Assembly (NCBI GenBank): GCA_038897215.1 | Contig: JAWAWX010000001.1 | Location: forward strand, 800,001-864,000 | Direction of reading: 5' to 3' | DNA length: 64,000 nt | From: Acidilobaceae archaeon | GTDB lineage: Archaea > Thermoproteota > Thermoprotei_A > Sulfolobales > Acidilobaceae | Shown here: in pieces, positions 57,362 to 64,000 of the stretch | Numbering within the stretch: the stretch's first letter is position 1 | How the letters are laid out: every line of letters begins with the position of its first letter | Made by a program: the position numbers and the translations under genes | The notes under the pieces: generated by a model | What the model saw: the letters and a program-made list of their open reading frames with translations, nothing else | The model's database searches: none | What the model was told of the DNA's origin: nothing

Positions 57362-57415
57362 CCTCTCGCTCCAAGTAGCCTAGAGCCTTATTAGCGACTC
57401 GCTTCAAGCCGCTAC

Positions 57416-58006
57416 CTAGTCTTGCTTCAGTCTCAAGTCTCCCAGGAGTCTCTCTACTAGCTGAGTCTTCACGTCAAACATCTCGAGTAGTCTGAAGAAC
57501 TCCTCGCGTCTCATCAAGCCCTCTGAGAAAAGTGATAGAAGCCACTTCAGGGCTATGAGCGAGCCTGGCGGGAGGGCTATTGATATGATATTAGATGATA
57601 GAGACTTAAGCGCGTTCTCGAGCACCTCAGGGACTTTACCGCTACCTGATATCACGAGGACATCTCTTCCAGAAAGCCTGACTAGCTGGGCTTCGAGATA
57701 GCTCCACCCACTCCTCAATGCTAGCTCGTGGAGTCTCCTAGCTAAGGCTACTGAGAGGTAAGACATGTTTAGTAATACTTCTGCTCTACTTCTCTCAAGC
57801 AGAGACCAGAGTGGTCGGAGCTCGTCATCGCTTCTCAGAGCTATGATGACGCTCGAGAACTCGCCTTCGTGACGAGCGATATCTAGCTTGTTGAGGAAGC
57901 GGGGTAGGCTCTCCGAGAGTATCTCGTATAGAGGAGGCCAGTCCCAGAGGTAGACCTTGACACCGTGACCCGCTAGAACAGCAGCTAGCCGCATGCTCTG
58001 AGGCAC
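57416..58006 (-). CDS. Hypothetical protein, degenerate beta-hydroxyacid dehydrogenase NAD-binding-like fold
   Basis: LAGHGVKVYLWD, LLNMS, YLEA.L, ISG pattern; no GxGxxG; start uncertain. Confidence 0.55.
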   Translation of the reverse strand: MPQSMRLAAVLAGHGVKVYLWDWPPLYEILSESLPRFLNKLDIARHEGEFSSVIIALRSDDELRPLWSLLERSRAEVLLNMSYLSVALARRLHELALRSGWSYLEAQLVRLSGRDVLVISGSGKVPEVLENALKSLSSNIISIALPPGSLIALKWLLSLFSEGLMRREEFFRLLEMFDVKTQLVERLLGDLRLKQD

Positions 58007-58114
58007 TAGCCCGGCTATCAGACTAGATTCTAATCCAGCTCACCTAGCTTGTGTAATCTGATAACGGCTATAAAGCTGGCCATTAGAGAGCAGAGTCTCG
58101 GGAGCGCTCGAGCT

Positions 58115-58999
58115 ATGGGGAGAATGTGTCCCCGATGTGGTAGAGAGAACACTCAATTCGTTGGACCTCTCTGCTCCGACTGCTACATCCAGTTGAGGGG
58201 GGTAGCTGAGGCCCCGGCATCGATAGACTTCGTGTACTGCCAGAGCTGTGGTAGCTATAGAGCACAAGGAGTCTGGGTCGAGGGGCGAGAGAGCCTAGAG
58301 GAGACGCTGGCTGAGTACGTGCAACTATTCCTACCCGGTAAGCTCAAACGCTCTCCCGAGATAGATGAGCTCTGGATCTCCGGCATCAGGATACTCGGTC
58401 CAGCCCCCACTCGAGGACTACTCGAGATAGAGATAGAAGTCTCGGGTAGGTCGGGGGACGTTGCTCTCGTTGAGCGCAAAAAGATGAAAGTCAAGATAGA
58501 CGGGAGACTTTGCCCGCTCTGCTTGAAGAGAAAGACTAGAACAGGCTACGCTGGCATAGTTCAAGTGAGGTCTCTCACGGGAGGCTACACGAAGACCCTC
58601 GACTCGAGAATCAGGAGAGTTCTCGGCGAGCTAGAGTCTAGAATAGCGTCAGCTATAATAGCTATAGATGAGCATAAACATGGCATAGACATACTGGTGG
58701 TAGACCACGCGACCGCTAGACTCATAGCTAGCAAGATGAGGTCCACTCTAGGCGGAGTCGTCAGAGAAAGCTACAAGATCTCGGGGGTCGACTCTCGAGG
58801 GAGGAGACAGTCGATCCTATCGATCTCCGTGAAAGTCCCAGACCTAGAGCCTGGAGAGAGCATAATGCTCGAAGGCAGAGTCTACAGAGTAGTTGCTTTA
58901 GGTAGTGAGAGAGCGGTAGTAGAAGACCTGGAGGCGGGAGAGATTAGAGAAGTGAGCTTCGAGAAGCTCGCTGAAGCCAGAAGGCTTCACTCAACCTGA
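58115..58999 (+). CDS. nmd3: Nmd3 family ribosome biogenesis protein
   Basis: CPRCG..LCSDC, CQSCG, CPLC, Y.GIVQVR; ATG 58115 (ORF track starts 58049). Confidence 0.88.
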   Translation: MGRMCPRCGRENTQFVGPLCSDCYIQLRGVAEAPASIDFVYCQSCGSYRAQGVWVEGRESLEETLAEYVQLFLPGKLKRSPEIDELWISGIRILGPAPTRGLLEIEIEVSGRSGDVALVERKKMKVKIDGRLCPLCLKRKTRTGYAGIVQVRSLTGGYTKTLDSRIRRVLGELESRIASAIIAIDEHKHGIDILVVDHATARLIASKMRSTLGGVVRESYKISGVDSRGRRQSILSISVKVPDLEPGESIMLEGRVYRVVALGSERAVVEDLEAGEIREVSFEKLAEARRLHST

Positions 59000-59060
59000 C
59001 GACCTAGAGCCAACTATATTTATTTACGCTTACCAGAGGCTACGAGGATGGTGTGTTGCA

Positions 59061-59384
59061 GTGATAGAGAGGGAGGGAGGCGAGAGTAAAGAGATACCTC
59101 TTCCGAGCGAGAACGAGGGCACGCTGGTTTGCGTAGTCCGCAGAATAGTTGGAGCAGGGTTTGCTGAAGTTGTGTGCACAGATAACGAGATATACATGGC
59201 TAGAATACCTGGAAAGATGAGGAGAAAGGTCTGGATAAAAGAGGGAGACGTGGTTCTCTTCATGCCCTGGGGTACTAGAGACAAGAAGGGTGAGATACTC
59301 CATAAGTATGAGAAAAGCGACATCAAGACCCTCATAGAGAGCGGTGTGCTACCAGAAGAGCTCCTAGAGGTGGCTCAGAGTTAG
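59061..59384 (+). CDS. eif1a: Translation initiation factor aIF-1A
   Basis: ARIPGKMRRKVWIKEGDVV..PW, KGEI..KY. Confidence 0.95.
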   Translation: MIEREGGESKEIPLPSENEGTLVCVVRRIVGAGFAEVVCTDNEIYMARIPGKMRRKVWIKEGDVVLFMPWGTRDKKGEILHKYEKSDIKTLIESGVLPEELLEVAQS

Positions 59385-59442
59385 AGAAGAGATAAGACCC
59401 AAGGCTAGAAGGCTGTGGAGAGAGAGGAGAGACTTAGAGAAG

Positions 59443-60177
59443 GTGAAAGACGAAGACGCCTTCAAGATAGTTGAGGAAGTATTCGATTCAACCACACTAG
59501 GCTTCGTTTACAAGCTGGAGAGAAGAGGGGTCCTAGCAGAGCTCAAGGGTGTTGTGAGCGCAGGCAAGGAGGCTCGAGTATACTGGGGTAAGTCGAGAGA
59601 CGGGAGAGACTTAGCGGTAAAGATATACATGATTGAGACCAGCGATTTCAGGAAGAGCATCAAGAAATACATCGTGGGAGACCCGCGCTTTGAGAACATA
59701 CCCGAGTCGAATATAAGGAAGCTCATATACCTATGGACTCGGAAAGAGTTCAAGAACCTGAAGAGACTCGAAGAAGCAGGAGTTAGAGCCCCGAGACCGA
59801 TAGATGTCGAGGGCAACGTTCTCGTGATGACGTTCATCGGAGAGAAGGGGGTTAGAGCTCCCCTTCTAGCCGAAGCAGTGGGAGAGCTCTCCGAGGAAGA
59901 CATGAGAGAGTTCTGGCGCCAGCTCGTCGACCAGCTCAAGCTCATAGTGTGCAGAGCTCGGCTTGTGCACGCAGACTTGAGCGAATACAACTTAATGGTG
60001 TGGAATGGCGAGCTCTGGGTCATAGACGTGGCTCAAGCAGTAGACGTGAGCCACCCGATGGCGATGGAGTTCCTGGAGAGAGATATAAGGAACCTCTATA
60101 GATTCTTCTCAGAGTACGTGAGCGTGGAGGAGGGAGAACTCAAGGAGGCTGTTCTACTATGCCTGAACAAGAGATAG
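59443..60177 (+). CDS. rio1: RIO1 serine/threonine kinase
   Basis: EEVFD, SAGKEA.VY, AVKIY, KEF.NL, LVHADLSEYN, IDVAQAV. Confidence 0.95.
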   Translation: MKDEDAFKIVEEVFDSTTLGFVYKLERRGVLAELKGVVSAGKEARVYWGKSRDGRDLAVKIYMIETSDFRKSIKKYIVGDPRFENIPESNIRKLIYLWTRKEFKNLKRLEEAGVRAPRPIDVEGNVLVMTFIGEKGVRAPLLAEAVGELSEEDMREFWRQLVDQLKLIVCRARLVHADLSEYNLMVWNGELWVIDVAQAVDVSHPMAMEFLERDIRNLYRFFSEYVSVEEGELKEAVLLCLNKR

Positions 60178-60749
60178 CGCGGCACGGGCCCAGAATGTAC
60201 GTTAAGATCCCCCCGGAGAGACTGGGAGCAGTGATAGGAGAGCGGGGCTCAGTTGTTAAAGAGATAGCTTCAAGACTAGGGGTAGCTATCACTGTAGACT
60301 CCGAGAACTCCGTGGCGGTGATCGAGAGCGAAGCTCCGGGCGTTAGAGCAGATAAGGTTATGAAGGCAGCTGAGATAGTGAAAGCGATAGCATACGGGTT
60401 CCCGCCAGAGAAAGCCATGGCTCTCCTCAACGACAACTACATACTGGTAGTGGTGGACTTGAAGGAGAAGGTCGGAGATAAACCGAATCACCTCAAGAGA
60501 GTGAAGGGTAGGATCATAGGGGAGAGTGGTAGAGCTAGGAGGACTATAGAGGAGATGACTGGAACCTACATCCATGTTGGCGAAGACTATGTCGCGATAA
60601 TTGGAGACTACGAGAGAGCTATGGCTGCTAGAGAAGCTGTAGAGATGCTCGCTGAAGGCAGGATGCACGGCACAGTCTACAGGCATCTAGATACGCTGAT
60701 GAGAGAGATCAGGAGGAGAGAGCGCCTCAAGCTATGGGAAGAGGTTTAA
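60159..60749 (+). CDS. KH-domain pre-rRNA processing protein Dim2/Pno1
   Basis: GAVIGERG, AI..GFPPEKA, RVKGRIIG..G, G..HGTVY. Confidence 0.92.
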   Translation: MPEQEIARHGPRMYVKIPPERLGAVIGERGSVVKEIASRLGVAITVDSENSVAVIESEAPGVRADKVMKAAEIVKAIAYGFPPEKAMALLNDNYILVVVDLKEKVGDKPNHLKRVKGRIIGESGRARRTIEEMTGTYIHVGEDYVAIIGDYERAMAAREAVEMLAEGRMHGTVYRHLDTLMREIRRRERLKLWEEV

Positions 60750-60821
60750 GCCCGCACCTCTATAAGATACCAGCAGGGCTGTGATAGAGCCTGCGACGAT
60801 TCGAGCCCGGGAGGCAATGAG

Positions 60822-61247
60822 ATGGAAGAGCCGAGAGAGCCCCCGCGAGAAGACTGCAGAGTCAGAGTGGTTGGCGGAGGAGCAGTTATAGACATGCTTC
60901 TAGACGGCTTGAGAAGAGCTATCTACGAGTACAACTCTAGAATAAAGCACACAGGGTACTATTTGAAGCCTCTTCACAAAGTCTACAAGACCACCGAGAA
61001 GGGGTCTAGGAGAGTCTACGAGTACTATGGCGTCTACTGGTGGCGTCTAGTCAAGACCGAGAAGGGAGTTAGGTACCTCTATGTGGGGAAGGAGACTCCT
61101 CCAGAGCTACCCGAGCCTCCGATACTGCCGATCCCCCACGGGCTCTCTCTCATAAGAGAGGGGAGAGACGTAGTGCTAGACTGCAGAGTCTATGATAGAT
61201 TCAGAGAGCTCTTCAGAGGGCTTCATGTGAGTAGAGAGGAGTCCTGA
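60822..61247 (+). CDS. Conserved crenarchaeal hypothetical protein, basic/aromatic
   Basis: GYYLKPLHKVYK..YEYYG.YWW...YLYVGKE.P. Confidence 0.75.
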   Translation: MEEPREPPREDCRVRVVGGGAVIDMLLDGLRRAIYEYNSRIKHTGYYLKPLHKVYKTTEKGSRRVYEYYGVYWWRLVKTEKGVRYLYVGKETPPELPEPPILPIPHGLSLIREGRDVVLDCRVYDRFRELFRGLHVSREES

Positions 61248-62076
61248 GCGCGCTCAGCACCACCTGCTCTCCCACGCCTACCCCGAGCTTTTTGCACGCG
61301 CTTCCCTGGTTTACCGCTATCTCGACGAAGCCAGAGCTGTTCTCGTAGACTACTAGGTGGCCTGGAGAGACGTCTGAGAACGTTCTGCCAACCTCAGCCG
61401 GGAAAGTCCCGGCTCTTGTCGTGATGTAGAGGCTACTATAGCTATAGAGCCCTATGTTTTGCGGTTTAGAGCTTAGAACTATGTTGCCGAAAGCGTCTAC
61501 GTAGATGACTGTTAGTTGGAAAGAGTTCTCTCCTAGCCGAGCTACCTTCTCGAGAATCAGAGGCTCCAAGTCGTCCTCCGAGATCTCTTCTCCGAGATCT
61601 GCAAGGTCTACCCCATTGTATATCAGTGCCGCCGCTGGACCCATGACGTCTCTGCCATGGAAAGTCTTTGAGATCCTCCAGATACCCTCCTCCAGCTTGC
61701 CGCGAAAGCTCTCTCGAGCTAGCTCAGCTACTCTCCTATAGTCTAGGGATACTCCTCTCTTGAACCCCTCGTTTTTAACCGATGGATATAGTATCCCGTT
61801 ATCGGGACCTATGAACACGTAGTCTCCAGCCTCTACCGCGACTATGCGCCTAGGGCCTCCCACAAGCGGGTCTACGATACTCAAGAGGATAGACCCTCTC
61901 GGGAGCCATCTGTAGCTAGAGTACAGCACGTACGCGCCCGAGAGCACTCTGAATGGGGGGACCGAGTGGTCTATGTCTATTACCTCAGCTGATGGAGCGA
62001 TGCTCTTGATTACAGACTTCAGTTGCCCAGCGTACATCCCGTAACCGTAGTCCGTGATGAGGCCTATTACTCTCAA
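61213..62076 (-). CDS. SAM hydroxide adenosyltransferase / chlorinase family (DUF62)
   Basis: LITDYG, DIDH, VDP.VG, GPDNG, TFHGRDV, VDAFGN, EIAVNQG. Confidence 0.93.
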   Translation of the reverse strand: MRVIGLITDYGYGMYAGQLKSVIKSIAPSAEVIDIDHSVPPFRVLSGAYVLYSSYRWLPRGSILLSIVDPLVGGPRRIVAVEAGDYVFIGPDNGILYPSVKNEGFKRGVSLDYRRVAELARESFRGKLEEGIWRISKTFHGRDVMGPAAALIYNGVDLADLGEEISEDDLEPLILEKVARLGENSFQLTVIYVDAFGNIVLSSKPQNIGLYSYSSLYITTRAGTFPAEVGRTFSDVSPGHLVVYENSSGFVEIAVNQGSACKKLGVGVGEQVVLSALRTPLYSHEAL

Positions 62077-62261
62077 GCCAAGCCTACCCAGTAGTCTCCC
62101 AGTCGTGAGCGCGGCTAATAGATAGATGGGAGCGAGGATTTGGTTTTGCTTGGTGGAGAGAGCTCCTCAGACCCGTTCCTCCTCATTGAAGAGCACTCGG
62201 CCGAGTTCGAGCGCCAGTCACAGCTCTCGAGTTCTCTGGATAGACTTGAGAGCCGATAAGG

Positions 62262-63125
62262 TTATGTCTCGAAACGCGGGGGTCTGAGCCCTGGTCGCGT
62301 TTTGAGCAAGAGGCCTACGATACAGAGGACGGCTATCGTGGCCACATAGGGAGACACGTCGGCCACCCACCCGGGGACTCCGAGAGCCCCCAGGTAGGGT
62401 CTAGAGGCTCTCAGAGAGCCTATGAGGTAAGCGGCTAGAGCTGCCCCGATGGGGTTCCAGTAGCCTAGAATCACGCAACCTATGGCAACCCACCCCATCC
62501 CCATAGTTATACCCGACCAGTACTTGCCCCCGTAGACAGCGAGAGAGATGTATGCTCCAGCCATCCCTGCTAGCATACCGTTGAGTAGAGCGGCTACTGC
62601 TCTAAGCTCTCTCACTCTAAGCCCTCTCTCTCGAGCTATGAGAGGGTCCGAGCCTATGGCTCTAACCTCGACTCCAATCCATGTCTTCGAGAGAATCAGG
62701 GTTGCTATTATAGCAAGAGCTATGGGGAGAACTTGTAGAGCTCTGTGTACGAGAGAGCCTGGCTCTAGGGGAAGCCCGAGCGGTCTATGGGGAAGCCCGG
62801 CTACGAGGTCTGCTAGACCTAGCCCGAGGAAGCCTAAGAGTAGACCGATAGCTAGCTGGTTGAAGGGGAGGTAGACCGCTAAGACTATGTAGGCTAGAGA
62901 GAAGAGGGCTCCAGCGATAGCTGCTGAAACCACACCCACTCTCGGGTCGCCGGCGTAGATCGAGGCTACTACCGCTACCGAAGCCCCTAGAGCCATCGTG
63001 CCCTCGAGACCTAGATTCACTCGCCCCGTTCTCTGTAGCACAGACTCACCGACGGCTGCGAGAGCTAGATACGTGTACGTTGTTAGCGAGTAGAGAGCAA
63101 TCCCCATTATCATCTCAAGCAACAC
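62262..63125 (-). CDS. ABC transporter permease (nucleoside/BMP-associated type)
   Basis: GE...QRTGRVNLGLEG, RAIGSDP..A, G.GWVAI; probable start about 63125 (ORF track starts 63185). Confidence 0.88.
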   Translation of the reverse strand: MLLEMIMGIALYSLTTYTYLALAAVGESVLQRTGRVNLGLEGTMALGASVAVVASIYAGDPRVGVVSAAIAGALFSLAYIVLAVYLPFNQLAIGLLLGFLGLGLADLVAGLPHRPLGLPLEPGSLVHRALQVLPIALAIIATLILSKTWIGVEVRAIGSDPLIARERGLRVRELRAVAALLNGMLAGMAGAYISLAVYGGKYWSGITMGMGWVAIGCVILGYWNPIGAALAAYLIGSLRASRPYLGALGVPGWVADVSPYVATIAVLCIVGLLLKTRPGLRPPRFET

Positions 63126-63999
63126 CAGCCACCTCTCTCCTGAGATATCTAGCCGCGTACGCTCCGACAAGTGAGAAAACCACAACTATTGTCTGCGAGC
63201 CTAGAACGAACCCCTCGTGGACTCCCTCAGCCATCATGGCGTACGCCCAGACCCTCATGTATGAGAGTAGAAGCGATGAAGCTACAGCAACGGGAGGACT
63301 GAATCCCGAGAGCCAGGCAGCGAGGACCCCCGAGTAGCCGAAGCCTACGGGAGGCTTGGCTCCCAGGAAGTACTGGAAGACTAGCATTGCTAGAGCTCCC
63401 CCGATGCCAGCTAGGGCTCCTGAGAGCGCGGAGAGCTTGAAGAAGAGTGCTAACTCGCTAACACCATAGGTTACAGCTGTTCTCCTCGAGGAGCCGTAGA
63501 CTTTAGCAGCCAGACCGAGACTAGTCCTGGACTCTATGAACCAGACTATTACGAGAGCTATCGCGAGAAAGATTGGAGCCCAGACCCAGCTTAGCCTAAA
63601 ATGCTCGGGCACGGGTTTCGTTATCACGAAAGCCCCTACTCTCAGATAGGAGCTCACAATCTCGGCAACCATGAAGACTATGGCTAGATTCATCATTAGC
63701 GTGACTAGAATCTCGTTGGCGTTAAAGTATACCCTCAATACTACTGGAACCGCTCCCAGCAATACCCCTACTAGAGCGGAGATAGCCAGAGCTAGAGCTA
63801 TGCCCAGAACTGGGTCGGCTTCCGGTACGACGTAGGCGAGAAGCCAGAGAGATACAAGCATTCCAGCGAGTATCTGCCCCTCCACGGCTATCGTGATAAA
63901 GCCTGCTCGATAGCAGAGAGTCAAGCCTAGCGCTGCTAGCCCCACGGGACCCCAGAGAGATACTAGATACTCAAGACTTCTGGGGCTCGTCAGTGTGTA
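63115..63999 (-). CDS. ABC transporter permease (nucleoside type), 5' end outside the window
   Basis: RAG...I..EGQ, NEILVTLMMN, SGALAGIGG, GFGYSG; frame open to the window end. Confidence 0.88.
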   Translation of the reverse strand, partial: YTLTSPRSLEYLVSLWGPVGLAALGLTLCYRAGFITIAVEGQILAGMLVSLWLLAYVVPEADPVLGIALALAISALVGVLLGAVPVVLRVYFNANEILVTLMMNLAIVFMVAEIVSSYLRVGAFVITKPVPEHFRLSWVWAPIFLAIALVIVWFIESRTSLGLAAKVYGSSRRTAVTYGVSELALFFKLSALSGALAGIGGALAMLVFQYFLGAKPPVGFGYSGVLAAWLSGFSPPVAVASSLLLSYMRVWAYAMMAEGVHEGFVLGSQTIVVVFSLVGAYAARYLRREVAGVA

Positions 64000-64000
64000 G

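Noticed and set aside
1273-63337. Many antisense or nested ORFs in the track (e.g. 2337-2651, 15773-16186, 27413-27823, 40339-40791, 59508-60023)
   Set aside because: Ser/Leu-rich shadows of well-supported genes on the other strand or frame, with no recognisable motifs

Overview
Gene-dense 64 kb core-chromosome segment of a thermophilic crenarchaeon (Thermoprotei; Desulfurococcales/Acidilobales-like, judged from reverse gyrase, Elf1, a TFB with a reduced Zn ribbon and gene order). It contains: the conserved pus10-rpl21e-rpo4-DUF655 block; ino1, a PHP hydrolase, a DHPS-like gene, mvk and tfb; ahcY; elf1-GGGPS-citG; citrate synthase; a tungsten AOR cluster; reverse gyrase; a full A1A0-ATP synthase split divergently around tRNA-Thr, with a V-type Na+-motif c subunit; FprA; two orphan Mrp/HyfB-like subunits; and the fttA-psmB / nmd3-aIF1A-rio1-dim2 block. 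There are three intronless, CCA-encoding tRNAs (Ile2-CAT, Val-CAC, Thr-GGT). The best candidate for an undescribed system is a two-gene operon (4947-6150) pairing a Cys-rich DUF5591-like protein with a minimal TGT/DpdA-like base-exchange barrel that keeps its catalytic residues but has no Zn site. Reading the intergenic DNA also gave several box C/D sRNAs, one apparently targeting both partners of a single 16S helix-28 base pair, and a clean deletion that collapsed a formate dehydrogenase operon next to tRNA-Val. No CRISPR array, transposase or integrase was seen. Family assignments and rRNA target sequences come from motif recognition and memory, not from database searches.
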